Below the pieces are notes generated by a model. The model was not told where the DNA came from, searched no databases, and saw only the letters and a program-made list of their open reading frames with translations. Of a stretch of 32,845 nt of DNA, positions 7,420 to 15,818 are shown piece by piece. The stretch is from Candidatus Woesearchaeota archaeon. Its GTDB lineage: Archaea > Nanobdellota > Nanobdellia > Woesearchaeales > UBA10216. The position numbers and the translations under genes are program-made. The stretch lies in assembly GCA_016188205.1 (NCBI GenBank), contig JACPIG010000061.1, forward strand, positions 1 to 32,845. Direction: 5' to 3'. Every line of letters starts with the position of its first letter. The first letter of the stretch is position 1.

Positions 7420-8565
7420 ATGAGCCTTGACACCATAGCAATACTGGGCGCAGGGCAGCTCGGGTATGCAAACGCAGTTTCGCTTTCAGCAAAGGCTGAA
7501 AGGGTAATCCTTTATGACAGGAATGCTTTTGTTACAGAGCCGATAGAATCAGGAAGAAACCACCCGAGGCATTTCAGAGGTTTGATGCTGCCTGGAAATG
7601 CGCATGCCACAACAAACTTAGAAGAAGTTGCGGCTGCTCACATACTCTTTATTGACCTTCACTCAGAAGGCATAAGGCCTGTTTTTAATCAGCTGGTTCA
7701 CTATCTTAAGGATGGCGTTGTAGTTGTAAATGATGCAAAAGGGCTTGAACAAGGGACGCACAAGCTGCCCCTGCAGGTTGTTCAGGAAGCATTGGCTGCA
7801 AACGGAAGAAACGCAACACTTGTTGCGAGAAGCGGATGGATGCTTGCAGCGAACATGGTCAACGGCAATGCGTCATACGTTGATGTAGCATGCGAGGATG
7901 CCTATGCTGCTGAAGAAGTATCAAGGCTTTTTTCAGGCAGCCGCTTCAAAGCCCGCATAACAACTGACGTCACGGGCGTTCAGCTTGCAGGCATAATGAA
8001 GAACGTATACGCCATTTGCGCAGGGCTTTTCGACGGGCTTGCAAAAGCAGACCCTTCGCGAAGCAAATTGTATGGTGCCGCGAAGGCCATATACATGGTT
8101 GAAGCTACAGCTGAGGCGAGGCAAATTGGCATTTTACTCGGAGCCAGACCTGAAACATTTCATATTAACAGCTATGCGTGGGGAATGGACTACTATAGCT
8201 CATGCAGGTATGATACACTAAACAGGCTTCTTGGCGAGCAGATAGGGCTTGGCATGAAGCCTGACTCGGCATATAAATTCGTCAGTCAGGTCAGAAACAG
8301 AACGCCTGAAGGATACCATACAACCCGCGAGCTTTACGGCATAATCTCTTTTCTAGAAGTTAAAATGCCGCCTATTCTAAAGCACACATACGAACCATTG
8401 TTTACGGGAAAAGACGCTAATCAGTCTCTTATGGAAGGGGCTGTTGAAATTTCAGCAGGCGTAAGAAGCCATCGTGGAAGAGCCTTAGTCAAAAGAATCG
8501 GAAGATTTGCCGCAAGAGCTTTGGGAAGGATAAACAGGGCAAGAGCCAGACGCCTTTCCCAATAA
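7420..8565 (+). CDS. gpsA: NAD(P)H-dependent glycerol-3-phosphate dehydrogenase-like protein (GpsA family) with an Arg-rich C-terminal tail
   Basis: Start moved to the ATG at 7420. Rossmann motif is IAILGAGQLGYANA. The GpsA-like core DVTGVQLAGIMKNVYAICAGLFDGL compares with DVxGVExxGALKNVxAIAAG. The tail is RIGRFAARALGRINRARARRLSQ. Confidence 0.72.
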   Translation: MSLDTIAILGAGQLGYANAVSLSAKAERVILYDRNAFVTEPIESGRNHPRHFRGLMLPGNAHATTNLEEVAAAHILFIDLHSEGIRPVFNQLVHYLKDGVVVVNDAKGLEQGTHKLPLQVVQEALAANGRNATLVARSGWMLAANMVNGNASYVDVACEDAYAAEEVSRLFSGSRFKARITTDVTGVQLAGIMKNVYAICAGLFDGLAKADPSRSKLYGAAKAIYMVEATAEARQIGILLGARPETFHINSYAWGMDYYSSCRYDTLNRLLGEQIGLGMKPDSAYKFVSQVRNRTPEGYHTTRELYGIISFLEVKMPPILKHTYEPLFTGKDANQSLMEGAVEISAGVRSHRGRALVKRIGRFAARALGRINRARARRLSQ

Positions 8566-8594
8566 TCCTGACGCCATTCATGTAAGGCATAAGA
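8553..8594 (-). pseudogene. Duplicated fragment of the serS 3' end (last 14 codons)
   Basis: The minus strand reads ctt atg cct tac atg aat ggc gtc agg att att ggg aaa ggc (LMPYMNGVRIIGKG). The true serS end at 8826-8867 reads ctt gtg cct tac atg aaa ggc gtt aag gtg att ggt aaa agg (LVPYMKGVKVIGKR). I count 33 of 42 nt identical with no indel, and a stop codon lies just upstream in that frame. Confidence 0.5.
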
Positions 8595-8822
8595 AGCAAA
8601 AACATTTATAGAACAAAACGCTTATATACTTCAAGGAATACGAGAGAATTACTATACTAATGAAGAAATAAAAAAGTGGCTGATGAAAGGTGAAATCCGC
8701 GAATTCAAGAGGACATAGCAAGAAAAATATCAGGCAAAAGGGCACAACAGAGTTCATGGACACTGTTGACTTAATAATAAACAAGTACAGGAATTTTCTC
8801 AGAAGAGTTGGCGGCTTATAGG

Positions 8823-10133
8823 CTACCTTTTACCAATCACCTTAACGCCTTTCATGTAAGGCACAAGGGCTGTTGGGACTGTTATTGAGCCGTCCTTATT
8901 CTGGTAGTTCTCAACAATGGCGCGCAGAGCCCTTGACGTTGCGACAGCAGTGCTGTTGAGCGTGTGCACGTATTCCTTTTCATTCTTCTCCTCGCCAGCC
9001 TTACCACCATTCCCACTCTTCTTCTTATACCTTATATTCAGGCCGACAGCCTGATAAGAAGTGCAGTTGCTGCAGCTAACCACTTCCTTATACGACTCCT
9101 CCCTCGGGAACCACGCCTCAATATCATACTTCTTCGCAGCAACGCTTCCGATGTCGCCGGTGCAGATGCTCACAACCCTGTAAGGGATTCGCAGCTTCCT
9201 GAAGATTTCCTCTGCATTGCCAAGAAGCTCCTCAAAAATCTTCCATGAATCCTTTGGCTTGCAGAAGACGAACTGCTCAACCTTGCTGAACTGGTGCATC
9301 CTGAACAAGCCCCTTGTGTCAACCCCGTGGCTTCCAATCTCGCGCCTGAAGCAGATGCTTATGCCTGCAAGCTTTATTGGAAGCCCGGCTTCATCAAGGA
9401 CTTCATCCTCAAGCATCGCAGCAATCGGATGCTCTGAAGTCGCTATAAGGTAAGAGTCCCCGCCATCAACCTTGTACATTACATTCTCAAAGTCATTAAG
9501 GGAAGTAACGCTTTCGTAATGCTTCCTGCCCATCATAAGAGGGGGAGAAACAAGCGTGAAGCCCTTCTTCGCAAGCAGGTCTGCTGCGAACTGAATAAGC
9601 GCGAGCTCAAGCTGCACGAGTTTCCCTTTCAGAAAAACAAAGCCAGAGCCGCTAATCTTCGCAGCCCTTCTGAAGTCAGCCAGGCCGTTTTCTTCCAGAA
9701 GCTCGCCATGGACACGCAGCTCAAAAGCAGGCTTTTTCGGCTTGCCCCACTTTCTAATCTCCTTATTGCCCCTTTCGTCAATGCCAACAGGAACTGACTC
9801 ATGCAGGACATTTGGAAGCCGAGCCAGGATATACTTCACCCTTTCGTCCAGCTGCTGAAGCCTCTCATCAGCCTGCCTGATGCTGTCAGGCAAATCCTTT
9901 GCTTCCTTAACCTTTTTTGTAATATCCCTGCCCTGTTTCTGAAGCTCATTAATCTCGCGGGTTAAGATGTTCCTCTGGTTCCTGAGCTTGTCCGATTCAG
10001 CCTTTAGATTCCAATACTCATCATTCTTGGCTATAATCTCATCAACCCACGCAGCCTTGTCCTCCTCATTGCGCCGCTTCAAATCCTTCTTCACAATTTC
10101 AGAGTTTTCCCTGATGAACCTGATGTCAAGCAT
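8823..10133 (-). CDS. serS: Seryl-tRNA synthetase
   Basis: The N-terminal coiled-coil arm is MLDIRFIRENSEIVKKDLKRR...LRNQRNILTREINEL. Class II motifs are FRREIGSHGVDTRGLFRMHQFSKVEQF and TLNSTAVATSRALRAIVENYQ. Start set at the ATG at 10133, about 28 nt downstream of tttttatac. Confidence 0.95.
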   Translation of the reverse strand: MLDIRFIRENSEIVKKDLKRRNEEDKAAWVDEIIAKNDEYWNLKAESDKLRNQRNILTREINELQKQGRDITKKVKEAKDLPDSIRQADERLQQLDERVKYILARLPNVLHESVPVGIDERGNKEIRKWGKPKKPAFELRVHGELLEENGLADFRRAAKISGSGFVFLKGKLVQLELALIQFAADLLAKKGFTLVSPPLMMGRKHYESVTSLNDFENVMYKVDGGDSYLIATSEHPIAAMLEDEVLDEAGLPIKLAGISICFRREIGSHGVDTRGLFRMHQFSKVEQFVFCKPKDSWKIFEELLGNAEEIFRKLRIPYRVVSICTGDIGSVAAKKYDIEAWFPREESYKEVVSCSNCTSYQAVGLNIRYKKKSGNGGKAGEEKNEKEYVHTLNSTAVATSRALRAIVENYQNKDGSITVPTALVPYMKGVKVIGKR

Positions 10134-10182
10134 TCTCATACGCATCAAGAATACGTATAAAAAGGTTTTTATATCCTCATAT

Positions 10183-11667
10183 TCACACCATCATCAAAAA
10201 CAAAGATAATGGTACTTTGACATAATTCCGGTACATGCCGAGCTCATCCTTTGAAATCAAGACCCCTCTATTGAATGACTTGAAGCCTATAAAGTCAGAG
10301 TTTGATATTGTTGCCTGATATTTGACTTCAAAAGGATAATACTTGTCGTCATGCATCACTACAAAATCAACTTCTTTTTTGCTTTTAGCTTCATAATAGC
10401 ATATCGTGCTTTTTGGATCAAACAAATCACGAGGATTTAAGCTATAAGCCAATCTACATAAATGATTGTAGACAACTCCCTCAACAATCTTGCTTTTTAT
10501 TTCTAAATTCATCAGGTTCTCTTTTGCATTCACAAAATAGCTGGTTTTACTATTTGACCAGCCATGCAGGGCATGAAAGAAGAAAGGGTCAAGAATATAG
10601 ATTTTTTTCATAAAATTGTGAATTCTTTTGTCATGAATTGAGCACCTATAAGAAATATTGGCGATATACAATTCTTCAAGAGCAGTGATATACTCCTGGA
10701 CTGTGTTGTGGGATTTTATTTCAGTCGTTTTGGTGAAGCTATTCCAGCTTATTGGGCAGGATAATGTAACAAAGATTTCCCTCAGTATTTGTTTAAAATA
10801 CAGCTCTTTGTAATTATACTTATTCAAATCGCCAATAACTGCATTAAGATATATGTTGAATAGTTTCACAGATATTGCGCCTGTGGATTTGTATTCATTT
10901 ATAACTGATGGAACTCCGCCAGTAAGCAGATACATCTCCAATAAAGCATCCAACTCTTTTTTTAGGAGCATTAAATCTTCAATTGTCTTGTCAATTTTTC
11001 CTTCAAATAATTCGAGGATTTTTCTATGCTTATCCTCTTTTTTTATTAATCCCGCATCAAATAATTTATCAGTAAATTCTGGCTTGATTAGTTTTACAAA
11101 TTCTGAAAATTTCATGGGCAAAAGTATTTTGTCCAGCGGATCATCTCCAGAACCCCCTCTCCTTCCAGGCATAAGCTCTGTTGAATGTTTCAAATCCATT
11201 GAATGCGAGCCAGTGACTATTATTGAACAATTTACAAAATCGCCTTTATTAGCAAAGTAAATCAGCTCTCTTGACCAATCTTTAACAGCACAGATTTCGT
11301 CAAAAAATAAATACTTTCTCTCTGACTTTTCTTCAATTCTCCAGTTAAGATATGTTTGAATTATCTTGTTTAGCTCTTCTGCGGTGTTTCTTTCAAATGA
11401 CCAAAAGAAGATATTTTCTGGCTTGACATGCTTGTTATGCAGCAAGTCCCTGATGATTAGCTTGATTAGTGTTGTTTTGCCTACTTGCCTTGGCCCGCGT
11501 ATAGTATAAATCACATCCTGGTCAAGTTTAACATAACGCCTTATATTAGGATCCCATTTATACTCTAATTCCTCAATCTGCGTGAGTTTAAAATCCGAAT
11601 CAATGTTCTTTTTATCGACCCACCATTTGTTTTGGTCAGATAATTGGCTTATATCAAATACGCTCAT
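10183..11667 (-). CDS. AAA+ ATPase of the AAA_14/DUF4143 type, in a low-GC patch
   Basis: Walker A is IRGPRQVGKTTL and Walker B-like is YLFFDEICAV. The long C-terminal region is typical of DUF4143-family ATPases (from memory). The codons are visibly A/T-rich relative to neighbouring genes. TATA tttatata lies about 27 nt upstream of the ATG at 11667. Confidence 0.8.
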   Translation of the reverse strand: MSVFDISQLSDQNKWWVDKKNIDSDFKLTQIEELEYKWDPNIRRYVKLDQDVIYTIRGPRQVGKTTLIKLIIRDLLHNKHVKPENIFFWSFERNTAEELNKIIQTYLNWRIEEKSERKYLFFDEICAVKDWSRELIYFANKGDFVNCSIIVTGSHSMDLKHSTELMPGRRGGSGDDPLDKILLPMKFSEFVKLIKPEFTDKLFDAGLIKKEDKHRKILELFEGKIDKTIEDLMLLKKELDALLEMYLLTGGVPSVINEYKSTGAISVKLFNIYLNAVIGDLNKYNYKELYFKQILREIFVTLSCPISWNSFTKTTEIKSHNTVQEYITALEELYIANISYRCSIHDKRIHNFMKKIYILDPFFFHALHGWSNSKTSYFVNAKENLMNLEIKSKIVEGVVYNHLCRLAYSLNPRDLFDPKSTICYYEAKSKKEVDFVVMHDDKYYPFEVKYQATISNSDFIGFKSFNRGVLISKDELGMYRNYVKVPLSLFLMMV

Positions 11668-11708
11668 AAGTCTCTGTAATTCATTTACCTATATAAATGT
11701 TGTTATTT

Positions 11709-11806
11709 TTGACAAGTTATTTATAAATAATGAAATTTATTTTGACAACATATATCGCTTAAAAGCAAATAGAATTGACAAGTTATTTATAACTGAAGTT
11801 TATTTC
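11709..11806. repeat. Two direct copies of a ~32-35 bp AT-rich unit, 66 bp apart
   Basis: Copy 1 is ttgacaagttatttataaataatgaaatttatttt (11709-11743). Copy 2 is ttgacaagttatttataactgaagtttatttc (11775-11806). The first 18 nt are identical, and a partial third copy ttttgacaac occurs near 11748. Confidence 0.8.
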
Positions 11807-11886
11807 TGTTAGCAATTTCAGAAAAGGCATTCTTGCTACTGCTTAGTAACGAAACATTTATAAACGGGAGATGCAAGCATGCCCAT

Positions 11887-13551
11887 ATGTTCCTCTTAAT
11901 CCCGGGAAGGCACATAGTGAACACAAGGTTTCAGGAGGAGTACCTAAAGCGAGTTTTAGGAATGCCTGTTGGCTCACTTGAATTTCTTGACGGCAAGCCT
12001 TCTTTGCCACCCGGTGCCACCCTTGACACGATTATTTTCGCCATAACCTCAAGCAACCTTGACAATTCGCGCTTCAACCCTGTTTCATTTGTACACCGAG
12101 CTATCTCTGTTGACCGCTTTGGCAGCCAGTTTAACGGGCTTGGAGTAAGCCACAGGATTTTTGGGATTCCGGACTACGTCACCACAAACAGGTTTTCTGC
12201 GCTGACACTTAAAGAAATCCTTGAGCAGTCAGAAGGTGAGCTTGCGTTGAGCCCGGAAAATACCGTTGTAATGTGCTCAACACCTCCAGTCATAAGCATG
12301 TACAGGCAGCTTGGCTATAGCATTCTGCCCGGAGAGCTTGCATCGCTGGAACCTGAAAGATATGCGGCTATGAGGCCTATTGATGTTGTCAGGAAAATAG
12401 CAGGCGCAGGAGAAGCGTGGAGCACCAGCCCAGATGTCCTCGGCGACCTTTCTTTTTCCACTCTAAGCTTTTTCCGTGCGCATCCTGAAGTTCCAAGAAA
12501 AATGATACTCCTGTTTAACGACCCGATGCTCACTGAAGAAGGCAGCCTTACCGACACACGCGACTACGGCTCCTACGTTGTTGGAATGGGAAACATCGCA
12601 ATCGTAAGGGTGAAATATGACGACATACGGCGCGCAATAATGCCTGGCAAGATTGTTGACCACGGCTGCGCTGATGGCGCGCTCATAGAGCTTATGGCAA
12701 AGGAATTTCCAGACTCTGATTTTTACGGCGTAGATGCCTCTGCAAATATGATTGAGCGCGCAAAGCAGCGACAAACACTAAAAGCATATGGCAATGACAC
12801 GTTTGTATTTTTCAGGCAGGGAAACATCATCAGCCCGCTTTTCAAAAGCCCTGCTGCTGACACAATTACGTGCCTGTCGCTGCTGCACGAGGTATGGTCA
12901 TATGGCGCCCAGAAAAAGTCCATTGATGACTACCTTGCTTCAGTGCGAAATCAGCTTGTGACTGGAGGCAGGTTTGTCGTAAGAGACGTAGTTGGACCTG
13001 AACACGGGGAGCAAGAGGTTTACCTCTGGTGCAATCCTGCTGACGGCTCCAACGAAAATCCTTATGCGGCATTTTCAGACCAAGAGCAGCTGAAGGCGCA
13101 CCTTGACGGGCTGTCAACATATTCCCGCTTTATGAGGTTTGCTTCTGACTTTCTGGCTGAAATGAGGCAAAAAGGAAAGCGCGGGCCTGAAACAGAAATA
13201 AATTACAGAGTGGAAAGGATTGATGGCAAGGATTATTTTGTGCTCAGGCTCAAGGAAGCTGTTGAGTTCATGCTCACCAAAGACTACACAGACAACTGGA
13301 GAAGCGAGATGAACGAGGAGTTCACTTACCGCAGTTTTGGCGGGCACAAAAGAGCTCTTGAGCAGGCAGGCTTCAGGGTGATAGAAAACCCGAACGACCC
13401 GATGAGCGGCTCAAGGGCTTACACAAGCCCCTGGATTGCTGAGCACAGCTTCATGGGAAAAGCAGAGCTTTACGAAATGGGAATTGACAGAAATCTGCAC
13501 AAAATGGCTTACCCAATGACAAACATGGTACTGGTGGGTGAGAAGGCATGA
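11887..13551 (+). CDS. Fusion protein: divergent NMNAT-like nucleotidyltransferase-fold domain plus class I SAM-dependent methyltransferase
   Basis: Start at ATG 11887, about 27 nt downstream of tttataaa (11857-11864). The N-terminal LIPGRHIVNTRFQEEYL...DTIIFAITSSNLDNSRFNPVSF parallels archaeal NMNAT GRFQPFHKGH...IIIGIGSAQxSHTxxNPFTAGER, but the HxGH motif is degenerate. The MTase motif I is IVDHGCADGALIELMAKEFPDSDFYGVDASANMIERAK. Confidence 0.65.
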   Translation: MFLLIPGRHIVNTRFQEEYLKRVLGMPVGSLEFLDGKPSLPPGATLDTIIFAITSSNLDNSRFNPVSFVHRAISVDRFGSQFNGLGVSHRIFGIPDYVTTNRFSALTLKEILEQSEGELALSPENTVVMCSTPPVISMYRQLGYSILPGELASLEPERYAAMRPIDVVRKIAGAGEAWSTSPDVLGDLSFSTLSFFRAHPEVPRKMILLFNDPMLTEEGSLTDTRDYGSYVVGMGNIAIVRVKYDDIRRAIMPGKIVDHGCADGALIELMAKEFPDSDFYGVDASANMIERAKQRQTLKAYGNDTFVFFRQGNIISPLFKSPAADTITCLSLLHEVWSYGAQKKSIDDYLASVRNQLVTGGRFVVRDVVGPEHGEQEVYLWCNPADGSNENPYAAFSDQEQLKAHLDGLSTYSRFMRFASDFLAEMRQKGKRGPETEINYRVERIDGKDYFVLRLKEAVEFMLTKDYTDNWRSEMNEEFTYRSFGGHKRALEQAGFRVIENPNDPMSGSRAYTSPWIAEHSFMGKAELYEMGIDRNLHKMAYPMTNMVLVGEKA

Positions 13552-14825
13552 ATCAAGGAAAAGGCATGAAGCCAAGAACCCTGGCAGAAGCGCTCGGAAT
13601 TAAAGGGACACCTGTGATGAGCAACGAACAGATGCAGGCGTATGCCTGGGAAAGAAAGCTGGCAGACCCCGGGACACAGGGAGTGCTCCTTGAGGAACAA
13701 GTCAGTGGGCTGAGGGGAATAGTTATCCACAACGCGAAAACAACAGAGGAAGTAAGACGCGTCCTCCGGGACGAGGCGAAACTTTCCGTTGTTGAATATG
13801 CCCCGCCAAAATCATCCGAACCGCATTTCTGGGTTCCGGCGACAGGATACATACACGTGGTTAATACAAGAGGAATAACAAGACTGCTGAGAGATGAAGC
13901 ATTAGCCAGAATACTTAGTTATCTTCTCCCCAATGAGGTTGAAATTGCCATAAGCAACTATCATGGCAGCAGGCGCGAAGCCAACGACAGGTTTGAGCAT
14001 TTTGCCTATGCGCTTGTTGATGATATCTTCATGCACCTTGACAAAGCAGCAGTAACCAAAAATGGCAGGATTAACCTTCTCCTTGGCCCTTATGTGTCAA
14101 TAGATGACGCGCTTAGCACAGATGGATGCGAGATTGCTCACAGTACAGACAGTGACTACCTTAACTACAGAATTGTTCTTGCGGGCACATCAGAAGGGAA
14201 GGAAGTAGTGGTTAATTTTGACTATATCTTCGCTGACCAGGCAAAGGACGTTCTGCACAAGCTGTACAAGGGGGTTGCTGCGGAATTCAGCAGGCAGGGC
14301 ATCAGCATAAACGTGCTGCATTACGGCAAGGTAGGCGTACTGGATCCGGCAACAAATGTCGGAGACATAATAATCCCCACAGGCGCTTTTGACGAGGAAA
14401 AGCTTCAATATGCGGTCAGGAGAGGAGAGCCCATACCGCAGCAATACGCTCTAAACAACCAAATCGCATCCAATCCGGATGTGAGAGCACTATTTTATCG
14501 CGCTGTCAGCGGCAGAATAAATTCAGGGGTTACGGTCAACACAAACTCCGTCCTTGAGCAGACAGCAGAAAGGCTCCGGATTGATTTAGGCGCAGGCGGA
14601 AACTGGCTTGAAATGGAATGGGCAGTAATAGCCAGCCTGTCAACAGGCTCACACAGCACATACCCCGGGACAGGGTCAATAAACCACTTCCTGGCAGGAG
14701 TCGGCTCAGACAACCCGCTAAGAGGGCAAACACTCGGAGAAACACATTACCCCCGCGAAAGGGAAGCAGAAGTTGCGAAAGCAATGATAAGGATAATACA
14801 GCATATGCCTGAGCTGGGGCTTTGA
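13548..14825 (+). CDS. PNP/UDP-fold nucleosidase or phosphorylase-like protein (AMP-nucleosidase-like C-terminal half) with an unknown N-terminal domain
   Basis: ATGA overlap with the upstream stop (13548-13551). The C-terminal half reads HYGKVGVLDPATNVGDIIIPTGAFDEE ... GVTVNTNSVLEQ ... NWLEMEWAVIASL ... FLAGVGSDNPLRGQ. This mirrors the GHCGGL..IGDYVL, TVVTTDDRNWE, IDMESATIAA and LLCVSDKPLHGE blocks of AMP nucleosidase, recalled from memory. Confidence 0.55.
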   Translation: MNQGKGMKPRTLAEALGIKGTPVMSNEQMQAYAWERKLADPGTQGVLLEEQVSGLRGIVIHNAKTTEEVRRVLRDEAKLSVVEYAPPKSSEPHFWVPATGYIHVVNTRGITRLLRDEALARILSYLLPNEVEIAISNYHGSRREANDRFEHFAYALVDDIFMHLDKAAVTKNGRINLLLGPYVSIDDALSTDGCEIAHSTDSDYLNYRIVLAGTSEGKEVVVNFDYIFADQAKDVLHKLYKGVAAEFSRQGISINVLHYGKVGVLDPATNVGDIIIPTGAFDEEKLQYAVRRGEPIPQQYALNNQIASNPDVRALFYRAVSGRINSGVTVNTNSVLEQTAERLRIDLGAGGNWLEMEWAVIASLSTGSHSTYPGTGSINHFLAGVGSDNPLRGQTLGETHYPREREAEVAKAMIRIIQHMPELGL

Positions 14826-14831
14826 GGAAAA

Positions 14832-15812
14832 ATGGCAAAAGTCACAGTAATCTTCAAGGAAAGCACGCACAAGATTTACAGCGCTTCAGACAGCGCAGGA
14901 TTACTGGCTTATATGCAAAAAGGAAGCGCACATGTGAAAGGGATGGAAGAAGCGCGTGACGAGCACGAAAGAACGCTTGAAGAAGTTATAAGGGTTATAG
15001 ACAGGCATGGAGTCGGCTGCAATGCGATATACAGGGGTGAACTCTCCGGAATGGATGAGGAAAGAAGGAGAGAGCTCATCCAAAATGCACAGCTTCTTAT
15101 TACTGTTGGAGGCGACGGCACATTCATGGAGGCATCCCACTATATCCCTGAAGGGTCAGCAACGCCCCTTCTTGGAGTTAATTCAGACCCTGCGAGGAGC
15201 ACGGCTTTCTACTCAATCGCAAACATGCAGACATTTGAAGGCATATTAGGGCAGGCACTTGAAGGGAAACTGACAAAACTTCTTCTTCCGAGGCTGAGCA
15301 TAGAGGTCAACGGAAAAAGGATTGCTGAGCTTGTAATAAACGACGTCAGGCTGAAAAACTCAGGAGATGACCTTTTCAGATACGACCTTTCCGTTGACGG
15401 CGCCGTAAAATCAGGGCTGCGCTCAGACGGAATACTGGCATGCACTCCTTCAGGATACACTGGATGGATGGTTGACTTTCCCGGAAGCATATACCTTCCT
15501 CTCGGCTCAAAAGACATGCAGTACTACTTAATGGGAAAGCCAGTGCCGCCAGAACTCGCAAAACAATCCATTGAAATCTCCTCACTGACAAGAGAGGGAA
15601 TAATGCATGTTGATGGTGTTCACGTGCAGTACGAATTCAGCATAGGTGACGTTATAAGGATAACCCCCGGAGAGCCGCTTACATTCCTCGGGGAACTTGA
15701 AGGCAAGAGGGCAGCATATGCTGCGAGAAAATTTGAAGAGCTGCTCACAGCGATACCCGTGTTTGAGCAAAGGGCGAGAGCAAACCTGGAACTGGTCAGA
15801 GGGAGGGCTTAG
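14832..15812 (+). CDS. nadK: NAD kinase
   Basis: The GGDG motif is LLITVGGDGTFM, the NDV motif is LVINDVRL, and SDGILACTPSGYTGW corresponds to DGxxxSTPTGSTAY. A GAGG site lies upstream of the ATG. Confidence 0.88.
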   Translation: MAKVTVIFKESTHKIYSASDSAGLLAYMQKGSAHVKGMEEARDEHERTLEEVIRVIDRHGVGCNAIYRGELSGMDEERRRELIQNAQLLITVGGDGTFMEASHYIPEGSATPLLGVNSDPARSTAFYSIANMQTFEGILGQALEGKLTKLLLPRLSIEVNGKRIAELVINDVRLKNSGDDLFRYDLSVDGAVKSGLRSDGILACTPSGYTGWMVDFPGSIYLPLGSKDMQYYLMGKPVPPELAKQSIEISSLTREGIMHVDGVHVQYEFSIGDVIRITPGEPLTFLGELEGKRAAYAARKFEELLTAIPVFEQRARANLELVRGRA

Positions 15813-15818
15813 CAGACT

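Noticed and set aside
8578-8784. 68-aa ORF in the AT-rich serS-gpsA spacer
   Set aside because: The translation is a hydrophobic F/L/I-rich artefact of AT-rich DNA, with no start signal. The region is better explained as an insert remnant.
11709-11806. Direct repeats as a CRISPR array
   Set aside because: There are only two full copies, they are AT-rich with embedded TATA-like sequence, the repeats are imperfect beyond 18 nt, and the window has no cas genes.
8553-11830. Intact integrated mobile element or provirus around serS
   Set aside because: The window contains no integrase, transposase, capsid or replication-initiator ORF. Only compositional anomalies and short repeats are present.
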